DNA from: Alloascoidea hylecoeti
Lineage: Eukaryota
Length of the DNA: 64,000 nucleotides
Assembly: GCA_001600815.1 (NCBI GenBank)
Contig: BCKZ01000002.1
Location: 372,001 to 436,000, forward strand
Direction: 5' to 3'
The notes beneath the pieces are model-generated. The model worked only from the letters and a program-made list of their open reading frames with translations, did no database searches and was not told the origin of the DNA. Both the position numbers and the translations under genes were made by a program. Positions 31,705-44,923 of the stretch are shown here, piece after piece (positions within the stretch are counted from its first letter, which is position 1; every line of letters begins with the position of its first letter).

Positions 31705-33510
31705 ATGAAATTTTCACTTCTTGCCATTACAGCTGCTGGTATTGCAAATGCAGTAGCTATTGCAGCAACAAATTCACCTACTGATATCGAATCTCAAAAT
31801 GGTCAAACTAATTTCGTTGAACTAATTGACCTAAAAATCAGAGATGATGATTGTCCAGATGATGAACCTTCATCCGAACCTGATATCGAACCTGCTTACG
31901 AACCAAGTCTTCCAGATAATGAAGAGCCTTGCCCAGATGATAATGAACCAAATGGGCCTGCCTATGAGCCAACTGCTCCAGATAATGAAGAGCCTTGTCC
32001 AGATGATGAGCCAAATGCTCCAAGTGTTCCAGATAATGAAGAGCCTTGTCCAGATGATTCTCCAAGTGGTGAAGAGTCCATTAGTTTTGGATATACCGTT
32101 TATACAACTGAATCATCAGGACCACCACAATACACATGGGATGCACCATGCCCCGATGAGGCTACTACAGTAAGCTCAAAAACACATCATTCATATGCTA
32201 CTACCATCTCACAATTTACCATTTCTTCAGCTTCTAGCACTGTTGTTGTTTCTTCAACCCCAGTTGCTCCAGTTTTATCTGTTCCAGTTTCTTCAGCTCC
32301 AGTTTTATCTGTTCCAGCTTCTTCAGCTCCAGTTTCTTCAGCTCCAGTTTCATCTGTTCCAGTTTCTTCAGCTCCAGTTTCNNNNNNNNNNNNNNNNNNN
32401 NNNNNNNNNNNNNNNNNNNNNNNNNNNNNNNNNNNNNNNNNNNNNNNNNNNNNNNNNNNNNNNNNNNNNNNNNNNNNNNNNGTTTCTTCAGCTCCAGTTT
32501 CATCTGTTCCAGTTTCTTCAGCTCCAGTTTCTTCAGCTCCAGTTTCATCTGTTCCAGTTTCTTCAGCTCCAGTTTCTTCAGCTCCAGTTTCTTCAGCTCC
32601 AGTTTCATCTGTTCCAGTTTCTTCAGCTCCAGTTTCATCTGTTCCAGTTTCTTCAGCTCCAGTTTCTTCAGCTCCAGTTTCATCTGTTCCAGTTTCTTCA
32701 GCTCCAGTCACCTCAGCTTCAGCTCCAATTTCTTCCGCCCCAGCTATCTCTGTCCCAACTGAATACAATAACTTCACCACAATAATTGATAGTGAAGTTA
32801 CAGTACAAACTTTATATACTACTGTTTGTGGAGCAACAACTTTCCTTTCAACTTCCGGAGATGTAACCGTTACAGTTACAAAATCCACAACAGATGTTAA
32901 GACTATTTTAACAACATACTGTCCAGGAAATGGAGCACAAACTACTTCTTCTCCAATTGCCCCTTCAACCCCAACTGAAATTGCTTCTTCAACTCCAACT
33001 GAAATTGCTTCTTCAACCCCAACTGAAATTGCTTCCTCAACTGAAATTAAAATTGCTACTATCACTATTACTGATACACTTCTCACAACTGTTCCCGTCA
33101 CTGCCACAGTTGTCTCAACTTCTGGCACTCAACTCATTACCGTTACAATAGTGACGAGCGAAGTTCTTACATTGACTGAAACTTCTACTCCAGTTGCAAA
33201 GACATCACCTTCTATCCCAACAGCTGTCCACTCATCCATTACTACTCCTAAAGCATTTACTTCTATTTTTGAAATTAGTAATAGCACAGCACCTAAGTCT
33301 ACTTTAAGTACTATTGCTGTATCTACTGCTCCCAGTATTCTAACATCTGTGGCACCACCTCCTGTTCCACACTGGACTGCATCTGCTTCTTCAAATGTCT
33401 CTTCAAACATAACCTCTCCGCTCATCCCAAGCTTAGGTGGCGCTAGCCATGTTAGTGGTACACCTTTGGTTGCCGGATTGATTGCATTGGCTATGATTTT
33501 TGCTTTCTAA
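31705..33510 (+). CDS. GPI-anchored cell-wall glycoprotein/adhesin (spans an assembly gap)
   Basis: Signal peptide, PDNEEPCPDD repeats, SSAPV/SSVPV stalk, TTVC..TTYCP motif, PTEIASST repeats and a hydrophobic C-terminal GPI signal. Confidence 0.88.
   Translation: MKFSLLAITAAGIANAVAIAATNSPTDIESQNGQTNFVELIDLKIRDDDCPDDEPSSEPDIEPAYEPSLPDNEEPCPDDNEPNGPAYEPTAPDNEEPCPDDEPNAPSVPDNEEPCPDDSPSGEESISFGYTVYTTESSGPPQYTWDAPCPDEATTVSSKTHHSYATTISQFTISSASSTVVVSSTPVAPVLSVPVSSAPVLSVPASSAPVSSAPVSSVPVSSAPVXXXXXXXXXXXXXXXXXXXXXXXXXXXXXXXXXXVSSAPVSSVPVSSAPVSSAPVSSVPVSSAPVSSAPVSSAPVSSVPVSSAPVSSVPVSSAPVSSAPVSSVPVSSAPVTSASAPISSAPAISVPTEYNNFTTIIDSEVTVQTLYTTVCGATTFLSTSGDVTVTVTKSTTDVKTILTTYCPGNGAQTTSSPIAPSTPTEIASSTPTEIASSTPTEIASSTEIKIATITITDTLLTTVPVTATVVSTSGTQLITVTIVTSEVLTLTETSTPVAKTSPSIPTAVHSSITTPKAFTSIFEISNSTAPKSTLSTIAVSTAPSILTSVAPPPVPHWTASASSNVSSNITSPLIPSLGGASHVSGTPLVAGLIALAMIFAF
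32260..32710 (+). repeat. 15-bp coding minisatellite (CCAGTTTCTTCAGCT / CCAGTTTCATCTGTT)
   Basis: Tandem 15-mers encoding SSAPV/SSVPV on both sides of the N run. Confidence 0.95.
32382..32481. other. Assembly gap (100 N)
   Basis: Run of N inside the minisatellite; the true length is unknown. Confidence 0.99.
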
Positions 33511-36500
33511 TTATTAAGAATTTGATAAATTTCTGGAAATTTTTACTAGTATTTTTTTCTCTAATTCTTATTAAGATAATTATTACATATAATAGCTATA
33601 TCTCATTATTTATATATAATGACTGTAAAGATAATCTCTAAATCTATAGCTACAATTAATAATTATAAATTTTTTTTCTACTCTAATTCTTGTTCTTCAA
33701 AGTTCTTCAATAGCGCTCAAATTTGTTTCTTTAGGATATAAACTAGTACTACATATTTTATAAATAGCTTTCTATAGAAATGGCTGGTATATTTAAATTT
33801 CTTCAATTAAATTTTATACCTTAACCTCAGGCCTATATTTTCCGTTACACTCTTCACTTTCCCTTGTTTATTAGATGATAAGGACATATTATTAGAATGA
33901 CAAATCCATGTATAGGGGAATAGTAAGAGAATTGAATTGTTTAGTTGTGTTGGTTTTATGGAGTTGAGTTATACTGACAATATAACTTATAACGCTGGGG
34001 ATCTTTTCATGAATCATACTGTACATGTATATCTATATTAATAATAGTACTTACAGTATATACAGTTAATCATCCTTTTTTTTTTTTTGCGTGCTTACAT
34101 AATATTACAAATTGACCTACATACCCTTTATAATATATTTATTTAATTCATAACAGATCTCAAGCTCATATTTAGAAAATGTAGATAAACTACCAGTAAT
34201 GACTAGATTTAAACTACTAATAACCTACTATATATGCTAAGAATAAACTTAGGCTTAAAGATATGTGGCCGCAGATAGATTTTTTTATTTGGTTATATTT
34301 AGTTATAGTAATCGATTGGGAGTTAATTATCCAGCGAATCATATTATAAGCTTGTAATTAGGAATGCGATCAACTTGTTTAGTCACAAATATCGGTTTTA
34401 TTTTTTAATCTTACACCATATCTAATGACTTTAGTGAGTGCATTCATGAGAGATTTCAATTCTAGAGAAACAGATAACTACATCATAATTTTTATTTAAA
34501 GGATATGTTATACAGACTGTGCAATAAATGTCGGGGTAAACACCACAAAAATGCAGGAAATATATGGACCTGGTGAATATGATACATACAATTGCAATGA
34601 TACTGTTAAAATTGGATATAGTGTGGTTCCAATAGGCACTTTGATAAATACATTTAAATTTAAAATGGACTAATTAGACACACACTAATTAGTATTCGCT
34701 TATCTTTATAAACCAACATTGATCTTAAGTTATAATGTATACTACATGTGTATACACTTAAATTAGTCATAACTCTCAATGAAATTAGACCCATTATCAC
34801 AAGTCATTTATGATTATGCATATAACACAAATTACTTTTATCTACTTTAGGACACCTACTAATAATAAGGGTGACTCAGATTTACAATGTAAACGGCAAG
34901 TAGAATACACAAGTAATCTCACCATATAAATGTTCTTATTTTCCAAAATAGTGTTACTTTGCTGCAATCTGATCCATTTGTTTATTGTTCGCCATGGTCT
35001 ATGACGAATGTACAGGTCTGCCTTATGCAACATAAAATTCATCATAATAAAGAATAGAAACCATGAAATTATAACGGAACAATGTGATACTATACCTTAA
35101 GCTTGCTGATTATTCTTAGAATCATCTATTAATTTTGAATATTGGCATATCACTCCGAACGGAGATTATCCTCTTAACATCTAGATATGGACCTAAAGTT
35201 ACAGTTCTTCAATAACACCGTTTTCCTTCCTTTTAAAGTGGAAAAAAAAAAAAAAACTTACTTTAAAGGTGGTCTAGGTACATAAGAAGGGAAGAAAGAA
35301 GAGTGTCAAGAATACACAAAAATAAGAAGAATAGAAAGAGAGGTTTTTATTTCACTATATATAGTAGAGATTTCCTCAGAATTTACATAGTTTCTATTTA
35401 TATAATTTAATTGGAAAATATATGAAAAGTTAAAAAAAAAAAAAAAAAATCCGATGCTGTCCAATTCAGAATTATTAATAAATGTTGTAAGTGTTATTCA
35501 ATTCTCTGCCTGATAAATCCATCAATTTGTATGAAACATTATTAAAAACTTCAATAATATTATTATGTCCATCTGTGTAATCCTTTAGTATTCCCCAATG
35601 AAGCTAAATAGAAATGCATGTATAGAATACATATTTACTTTTACCATAATTACATTTTATTTATACGAAGGCTTTCGTATCTGTTGGACTACAGGGATAT
35701 CCAGAGAATACTGGCTAGACCAGGTGCACATACAGCTGCAGGAGACCAACCTCCCAGGTTTAATGAATACTTCTACGATATATCGTACTATATTTTATAA
35801 TTTTATATATAATTATTGTATAATGTAAAATTTACTGATTATATAATGGATGTTTAGAGTTTTTTTATATATTTAAATCTGACTTTGGTCAAGCAGCTCC
35901 CTATGTTTACAACGAAATAGTGGTTTAACCTATGTAGCATAAGTAAGTGACATGGTATTAGTTAGGAAGGTTAGGTTCTCTTTTCGGTTTTATGCTATTA
36001 TATGCAATATTGTATATGTAGTAGTTTTAAAGATTTCATCTATATTTAAGACGATTATTCGGCAAAAAGTTACTAATTATAAAATAAATGGAAAGAGAAA
36101 TTCTAGTTAATCAAGTTTTATGTAGATATTTTATATTTGCCGTATTTTAATATATTGATTAATAATAAATAAATAAGCTTTAAAAGATATTGATAAACTA
36201 TGGATTTTGAATTTCATTTTATTATCTTTGCTAGAGGAAAAGTTAAAATTCAATTTTGAGCCGCAACTCAAATACATACGTTAATGTGACACCAAATGGA
36301 AGCTATATGTAGTTCTATATTTATATATTATATCATAAGAGTCAATTGTTTATAAAGAAATGAATATAAAAATCTATATATATCCATATTAAATGGTTAA
36401 TTTATCACCACAGAAAACATTGAAATCACAGTTCTTTTGAATCTAGAAATGAAGTAATATTTGAATGCTTTATGTTCTCAGAATTTTTTAAAAATCGCGT

Positions 36501-36558
36501 AATAAAATGTGTTGGATCTATTATTCCAACAAAATGTATCAAAAATTTGCATTAGTTA

Positions 36559-37815
36559 TTAAAAGTTGCATTGATTGGGGAATTGTCTGCTATCAAATGG
36601 CTGTGGAAACAAACCACCCTTGATTAATCTGGTTAAATCCCATTCTAAGGAATTCTCGGCTTTGTAGGTCCAGAATATCCATCCGGCTCCTTGATCATAA
36701 GAATCAAGTTGTGCTTCAATGTATCTCCTAGTGTCTGTTCGTTTTTGCTCTGACCAAGAGTTTAAGTCGTTAATTCCTTCACAGGAACCGATATAAGGGG
36801 ACTCATCATGCAATCCCTCGTAACGAGCAAACTTACCAACTCCATTGAGCCATTTTGTACAGTCAGTGAGCGCGGCAGACCATTCTCCAACAACGTTCCA
36901 TAACGACTCAGATCTTCTTTGCCATCCCAGTTGACAAGCATAACCTATATGTTGATCCACCGTTCTTTGCAACTCGCCAGGAGAAAAAACTTGATAATGA
37001 TGATGATCCAAGATGACATGATAATAATTTGGCAAGCTCATATACCCATTCCAGTAACCTAGGGGTTGAAAAGCATCGTGTATCACAACCGCGTTATCAC
37101 CGGAATATCTAACGGTTTGATAACCCTCATTGTAAAACTGTTTCACTCCATCCATGTTTAAAACGGGACCTAGTGGTTCATTCAATAATTCAATTCCTGC
37201 AACAACATCCTCATAACCATATGAACCATATTTATTTGATATATAGGATAAAACATTTACAGTAGCTTGAACATTGTCACCCTGCTGCCAATTGCGAACA
37301 TCTCTTTTACCAGAGTTGTCGAAACCATTCTGGGAACCTGGGGCACCATGTAAATCAATCCAAACTTTTATGCCATTTTGTCTTGCCCAATTTATTGCTT
37401 GGTCGAGGTAATTTTCTTGTCCTTGAACATAAGGGTCACTAGGTTGAAGATGGAAGGCCCAATATCCAATTGGAATACGGACAAGATTAATTCCATACGA
37501 TCGCATATCGGCAAAGTCTTCTTCAGTAATCCAAGTTGCCCAATGGTTCTCTAATCTTGATAGAGCTTCACTTTTGCCGAGGGCCTGGGAGTAAGTCCAT
37601 TCATCTATTGGCGGAGTATCGCCAAACACTTCAAACAGGGAAGGTGTGATAAATGGTTCGATAACAAACCAACCACCTAAATTAACACCTCTAACTTTGT
37701 CGTTACTGTAGTTAAATGATATTTGCCTCTTTTGCGTAGAGACGGGTTGGGCTATAACGTGATAAATGCACCATATAAAGGCAAAGATGGAACAAAAATT
37801 TAGACTTGAAAGCAT
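36559..37815 (-). CDS. EXG1: Secreted exo-beta-1,3-glucanase (GH5)
   Basis: Signal peptide and Kex2 KR site, VRGVNLGGW, DLHGAPGSQNGFDNSG, catalytic NEP and GEWS. First ATG is at 37815. Confidence 0.95.
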   Translation of the reverse strand: MLSSLNFCSIFAFIWCIYHVIAQPVSTQKRQISFNYSNDKVRGVNLGGWFVIEPFITPSLFEVFGDTPPIDEWTYSQALGKSEALSRLENHWATWITEEDFADMRSYGINLVRIPIGYWAFHLQPSDPYVQGQENYLDQAINWARQNGIKVWIDLHGAPGSQNGFDNSGKRDVRNWQQGDNVQATVNVLSYISNKYGSYGYEDVVAGIELLNEPLGPVLNMDGVKQFYNEGYQTVRYSGDNAVVIHDAFQPLGYWNGYMSLPNYYHVILDHHHYQVFSPGELQRTVDQHIGYACQLGWQRRSESLWNVVGEWSAALTDCTKWLNGVGKFARYEGLHDESPYIGSCEGINDLNSWSEQKRTDTRRYIEAQLDSYDQGAGWIFWTYKAENSLEWDLTRLIKGGLFPQPFDSRQFPNQCNF

Positions 37816-39706
37816 TTTTAATAATAAAAATAAGTTCAATGAATTGGAACAAACGGAAGTGGGATAATCCGTCTTTTTAAATAACTATGATTTTCTTTGG
37901 CTTTCCTTTTTAGGTTTGGATACTAAGGTTGCATGCAGATCGTAAATTTGGAATTCTTCAAGTTTAACTACTATGTTGATACCCTCTTCCTAGACGTCTT
38001 AATTGCTTGCATGATCTAATAACCATTAAATATTTACGTTTCTTAATATTACTGTTCTTAAATTAATTATAAGTTTTTTTTTTGTTCCCAATATTTTGCC
38101 AACCCAAGAACTAGTCCAAAGGTTGTTTTTGTTTAAGCTTGGCATTGCAGGACCAAAACAGATAATCTCATATAACTCAATTTGGTTTGGTAACAAAGCC
38201 ATAGAGTCTATAATAAGTTAGACTCGGTTCACGCTATTCTAGTAGAAAGTCTGATATACACATGTATTCTATTACTATAAAATAATTTAAATTTGCCTTC
38301 AATTTATATTTTTAAATAAGTAGTTTATTCCACCTAGACAGCCCCTTCTTGATGTAATGCCGCAGTGACGCCATGCCCCCCCTTCTTTTAGAGATTTTTG
38401 AAGACTATGTGCTCGAATTAGAAGATTAATGTGAAATCATAAAGTACCCTTATAATGAACGCTGTTAGCCCAATTCTCTTTGGTATATATCTAATATTTT
38501 TTTCTAAAGCTATTCTATAAAATATATGGTAATTCCGTATACGTGGATTTCTATAGTGCTATAGTTAAGGTTATGGTTCTACCACATGCACACGTCAAAG
38601 AAGATTTATAAAAAGCAAAAAGAAGAAGCGTATTCAAAAATAATAAAAAAACATATAAGGCACAATGGCATATTAATATTTCTAGCAGTATAAAACTTCT
38701 AATATATATTGCTTGATTGAAAATAAATTATATATGAATCTCTTAACGATCTACCAGCTATATAGTATATTTGTATATTTAATCAACATTGTTAAATGCA
38801 TATGTATATATATGGTGATTAAAGCCCTACAATTATATTGCAATTGTTATAAAGTTTTCTAGTTAATTATATTGTTGATTTCCTGAACTCTTTGTTCTTC
38901 AATAATAATTATGAACATCTATTAATTATATAATATAATGTAAAAGAGACAGTTGTATGCATATGTATTGTCAGCTACAAAAATCTCTTTTTGGCTTAAT
39001 TAGATGAAATTCCATAATCATATAGGGTAAGTTAATCTAAGTTTGAGCTTTTCTCGGTGTCTGTCTGGGTTTATTTTGGTTTTCTTATTGGTACTTAAAA
39101 AAGTTAAGTTTTTCGGGACATGAAATTTCGAGACAGTTTTCTGAATCTTATATCTGGAAAACAATGTCACAAAAACCATCAAATAAAACAAATCTAATTT
39201 ATAAATAGATACTTGTGGAGTTGGAGGCAAAAAAAAAACCCCTTCCTGAAATACTATTAATTATAGTTAATTTATTAATTTCTGAAGAGGAAAAACTTTT
39301 TTCATATTAAACTGCTGAAATTGTAATGATAGTATTAGAAGAACCTATTAATTGTATAATTCAGATCATATTTTTGTTCGAGTTCGAAACTTATATCATA
39401 TTTATAAAAAGATAATACGTTAAGGTTGATGCGAATAACTTTAATATCTGCGGGGGTAAATTTGCAGCTAACTAATGATATTCTAATAATTCTACAGAAA
39501 AACATGTGCCCATTTTATAGTTAACGTTAGCGTTTAATTATAAGACAGTTTGAGTATAATAACAATGTATATGGATTATCTTAATGTACCGGTAATTATA
39601 AATAATAAATAGACACCAATTTGTGAAAAATGTTTTTAATTACATTGTAAAAGCATATAATTAAGAGAGAAAAGAATAATTACAAAAACAAAGAATAAAT
39701 GACGAT

Positions 39707-39795
39707 AAATGAAAATGAAAATGAAAATGAAAATGAAAATGAACATGAAAATGAAAATGAAATTGAAAATGAAAATGAAAATGAAAATGAAAATG
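39707..39795 (+). repeat. (GAAAAT)n hexanucleotide microsatellite downstream of MSB1
   Basis: About 14 tandem units. Confidence 0.93.
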
Positions 39796-39889
39796 GAAAG
39801 ATGAGAACTGGATGGTAGCCAGTAAAAAAATTAACCTGAAGGAGAAGCCAATCAGTATTAGTCATACTATTAATTAAATGCTATACTTG

Positions 39890-42800
39890 TTATATACCAA
39901 ATCGTGCGGTATCAGCATGCAATGCAGCTCTAAGATTCTTCTGATCTGCTTTTGATAATGGACCATGGGGTCGGTTTTTATTATAATTTGGCATAGTTGG
40001 TATGCCTTTCAATTGGGAGTTTACTGGAATCATGGGTACTCCATGTCTTTGATGAGGTGGTCTTCCATGCGAAGGACTACCGTGTCTCGTAGCAAATTTA
40101 CCCCCACCTCTGGGGTTCATTCCATGATGCATTGGAGACATTGGCATTTTCATATTTGGAGACATCATTTGAGGTGACATCATATATGGAGAAGTCATTC
40201 CAGGTGTCATTTGCACAGGAGATATCATAGAACCATTAGGTGACATCATTTGATGATTATTATGCGATGGTGAACAACCACCTCTTTCTGATGAAGCAGG
40301 TGATGATCTTTGTGAGGGATTTCTTCCTTCTGTGCCATTATGTTGCGTTACAACTGGCGGTAAAATATACCCAGGAGGATACATCATATTTGGCAGTCGT
40401 TGATTTGGATTCACTCCTCCTTGTGGTTGTTGTGAATTATAAGGCATATAAGGCAAATAACCTGGAAAATATCCATAAGGGCCATACCCAGGAACAGAAT
40501 TCTGTTGAGTATCCTGCGGGTAACTAGAATCAGGATTCATCAGTGGTTGGTTATCAGAAAGGTTTGTATTTGGATCGGATCGGGGAGTTGAAGACTCCTT
40601 TATACCAGTATCCACATTTCTTGGTGCATCTAAGTCTGACTGAGACCCATTAGCCATCTGTGGGGGTTGGAAATATTGGCCTGCCAATGGAGGCATGGGA
40701 CCATAGGGCATACCAGGTGGAAATTGACCATTCTTCATATTCATCATCATATTTTGATACATCTGCATCTGCATCTGCATTTGCATAGGAGTAGGCATAG
40801 GCATTGTAATGGGCATTTGAATTGGTTGATTTTGACCCTTCTTTTGATCCACATGTAAGTCGCTTTCTGAGCCTTCAGGAATTGATCTTATTGGGCTTGA
40901 AGGCTGTGATATAGGTGAGGTACAGTCAGTATTTTGTGAGGTAATTGTAACCCGTTTCCCAGAAGCATTTGTATCATTACTATTACGATTATCAGTTCTA
41001 TTATCAGATCTTTGATTTAGAGGTGCTCCTACAATACCAGCTGATGTCGGCAAATGTTCAGGGTAATTTGGAGTATGACCTTGTTGAGATGGTGTAGGTA
41101 CCAAATCCAGCACATTAGAAACAGAGGATTCTCTCTGACTTTCATTTACTGGGGGTTGAGATTGGGGAGATATTTTCTGCTCCTGAATATTATCATTATT
41201 GGAAGGAGGGCTGTCTGTGGGAGGGGCTCTTCTTCCTGGAAGAGGTTTTTGGAGATGACTTGAGCTAACTTCTCTAGAGGGTTTTGATAGACGAGAAACC
41301 TCACCAGTAGATGGTAGTTTTGGTAAATCAAAAGGCTTCTCACTAGAATTATTATCCTGAGGATTCACTTGAGATACTTTTCGTGATGGAGAAGGAATTG
41401 GAACAACAGGAGTAAATCGACTTGGAGAATGGGATTTCGATGGTTGGATATCTCCCTTGACATCTCTAGATGAGATATCAAGCTTTTGAGGGATAGTTTC
41501 AACATTTTGTTTTGGTAACTTTAATGGCATTTCCTGAATTGGAGGGGCGATTTCATCAAAATAAAGTGAACGAGGTGGTGGCCTTCTCTCCGGCTTTTCA
41601 TTACGAATATAGTTCCAACTATCCTGAGCTCTATATGTAACAGATGGTGTGATTGTTTTATCGCTTTTTGAGGTCATTGGTGATATATCCGAAACTGAAA
41701 CATTTTGAGTATTTATATGTAGCTTTTCAGAAATTAGAGGAGCTATATCTTCTTGATTGTTGTAATTAGAAAACTCTGACTGTTTATTGAGAACTTCCGG
41801 TACATTTCTTTGTTGTTTAAGTTGTAAAACATCTCTTTTATCAGGACTAGAAATTGGATAAATTACATTCGTGGCTGAAGATGTATTATTCGTTTGTTGA
41901 CGATTTTCTTCCGATGGTGATGGAAAACTTTCATTGAGTTGGGTTCTATTGTATCCTAAATCAGGAGCACTAGCAAAACCTTTAACATGATGATCAAATG
42001 AATTTGTCATTTCACTACTACGTGAAGATAATAATAAGTCCAAATCCTGAGCAGTTTCAACGACCATTTGATTTAAACCATCAATATCACTTTGAGCAGT
42101 CTCATAACCAGATGTAGAAATTGTACTTGTTGTACTATTAAATGTAGAGAAAAAATCTTGTTTATTATATTGATTATTCGAATTCTTTCGTGATTTTGGT
42201 TCTATTTTTAGAGGGGGAGTTGTCTCTTCAATTGCAAAGTTATCAGTAGTCCTTGGAGTTATTGTTTGTTTAGGAATTGGTGGTAATTGATTTTCATTGT
42301 CAATTGAAGGTAAAGAAGGCTCCCGCATTTCATGATTATAATCAAAATTATGGAAATAACCATCGGGTTTTGTCAATTGGGGTGATGAGGTTGTAGTAGG
42401 GATAGACTTCGAGTTGAATTGTGAAACAGCAACAGGACCTACAACATCAACTTTAGGAACAGGAACAGGAACAGGAACGTACTGGTCTTTTGATTTATCT
42501 TTATTCTTAAGATCACGTTCAGTTATAGATGTTGTGTTTTTAATTCTATCTAATGTATTATCAAAAGCTCCAAGTACCATTTTTCGTTTTGAATTAGTAC
42601 TAGTATTTGAAAATGATTCCCTTTCTTCTTGTGTACCATCAATTTTCGGACTCTTACTTTTAAATGAAGGAGGTCTTACTTTTTTCAACTTTTGAAGATA
42701 GTTATGTTTTGAAGATTCATGATCATCAACTGTAGAAGAATTGAATTTATATACACTATCTAAAACTGGGGATGAATATGAATATCCAGTTCCTGATACT

Positions 42801-44804
42801 TTTTTTTGTTCTAATGGTTTAGTAGAGTAAATAGATAATCCTTGGATTTCCTTTTCATGATCAACACCATTATTTTCATTTAAACTACTATTATTATTAT
42901 GCAATTGTTTTTTGGGAGATTGTGATGAAATATCATTTGGATATGTTGTAGATTTACTTTTGCTTTGATTATTTGGGAAATTATCTTCAGTAGGGGTTGT
43001 TTCAATTGGTTCGTCAAAACTTAAATAATCTAAATAATCTTTATAATTGCTGAGAGTTACAGTACTAATAGGCCTATTAATATCGTTGTTTTTGGTAGGT
43101 GAATCTTTAGGTGGAACAGCAGGAGGAGATGCATATGGGAAGTTTCTATTATTATCTTGAGCCGTATATGATCGATGTTTAAGAGTACTTTTTTTTGATA
43201 ATATTTCATCAACAATTACCCATCTTTTCCTTTTTGTATCATCATTTAATAATGTGTTCAATGAATCTATTTGAACTTCAACAATTACAGATCTACCGAA
43301 TATGATTTTTTTCGACTCACTAACTTCTGGAGATAAACTTGCCATCCATGCCCAAATATAATAATCAGCTATCGGTACATCAGAAAGGCTTACGGTAAAG
43401 ACTTTTGATTCTTCTGTTGCATAATCATTATTATTGTTAGCCACAGGTAAAGGAATTTTTGAAGTCCAAGATAATCCATTATCAGTATTTATATCCATTG
43501 AATTTTCAATTCTTTTTAATATTCGACAACTTTCAGGAGTTAATTTATCAAACATATCTATTGGATTTTCAAATAAATATTTTAAAACTTCAAAATCATC
43601 AACGTTAAAAACATCAGGTTTATTAAAAGTGATTGATTTTGAAACTCTTAGTAATAATTCTGTTGGATTTTTTGATAATGAATCAGATTTTAGAGTAATT
43701 AATGGAACATTGATAAGTTTTAATTCAGATGCAGGTTTTGGTGGATAAACACTACTTGCTAATAATGCTTGTAATGGTTTTGGTAATGTTGGAGATATTT
43801 TCAATTTTCTATTTTCAGCAACAATTGACCTTAAGAATGACAAGGATAAATGAAGCATTGCTTGTGATGCGGGTAGCCAAGTTTCGACTCCCTCTTCATA
43901 AGTACAAATAGTAGATCTTCTTGGTGAATTGGTTTTGAAAGCCCATAAACCAGCCAATTTTGTTACTTTTTGACCATTCATTTTATTTTGGTGGGAATGT
44001 GCCGAAATATCAACAATTAAATCGAAAAAATCATATATAATCGAAGCACGATAAGGGTCATTAATACACAGGGGTAAAATGTCCTGAAATGATTTTTTAG
44101 GATAATTTTGATATTTTTCCATTTCTAAAAAATCTTCATAGATCTTCCATGGTATAATACAATCATCTTCTAGTCGACACCATATCCACTTTAAAATAGT
44201 TGATAAAATCTATAAAAACATAATCGAATTGGGTTAGATTTTGAGATTCTAACAGATCTATGGGGTTTAAAAAGGAGAGTTGTAACTTACATATTCGTCT
44301 GAAGTAGATAAGATACGCTTTAGTTCTTGACCCACTAAAGGGGTTCTGCCCAATTGAAATATCCTTCTAATAAAGAAACTGACATTTTCTTCATCAAGCT
44401 GAGGACGAAACGGCAAGAGCATATGCGGAGCACTAGAACCTAAATGAGTAGTTTAGAAAAAGGAGAATTCTAGTTAATGTTGTGTTTCATGAAAAAAACA
44501 ATCCCAGGTACAGCACAAACTAACCTCGTTCTTTTATCTCAAGAGTGACCAAGTGGATAGTATCACAAACAGCACTCGGAGGAAAGATCGTATCGTCTAG
44601 CTCCATATCATTTTCAGCAGTGACTCTGTACTCGGGTCGTGGAGACGGCTGTTTCTGGAGTTGTTTAGCGACCGCTACAAGAAACTTGACCCGCTCGTTT
44701 TCCATGGGGTCATGATCAAGTTCCGGCTGCTTATTGGGATTCTTCCCGCGGCCGGGGAGTTTGCCACGTCTGGCCGTGGACAGCGAATGGGCGAGGGACT
44801 TCAT
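39890..44804 (-). CDS. MSB1: Msb1-like morphogenesis protein (RhoGAP-like N-terminal domain); exons 44804-44525, 44439-44291, 44209-39890
   Basis: Introns GTTAGT..TTAG and GTAAGT..ATAG join IHLVTLEIKERG/SSAPHMLLPFRP and ILSTILKWIWCRL. Also LAGLWAF, YYIWAWMASLS and KKIIFGRSVIVE, followed by a long Pro/Ser-rich tail. Confidence 0.85.
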
Positions 44805-44923
44805 GAGGAGAAAAGATACAAAGTGAATTCAACTAAAGATACAAAAGATTTAAGGATTATATTACGATGCAACTTACGACCGAAAGCAAACACCCGTCCC
44901 CCCGCCTTGCATACGCAGCCAGC

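Noticed and set aside
31838..33425. Overlapping alternate-frame and antisense ORFs (e.g. 32187-33128, 32195-32785, 32234-32683)
   Set aside because: Shadows of the stop-free minisatellite and the Ser/Thr-rich adhesin coding sequence.
33520..36550. 3-kb AT-rich gene-free region as a possible centromere or origin
   Set aside because: No diagnostic element is visible, and AT richness alone is insufficient.
39680..39865. 61-aa ORF with an FSFSFS repeat
   Set aside because: Translation of the (GAAAAT)n microsatellite.
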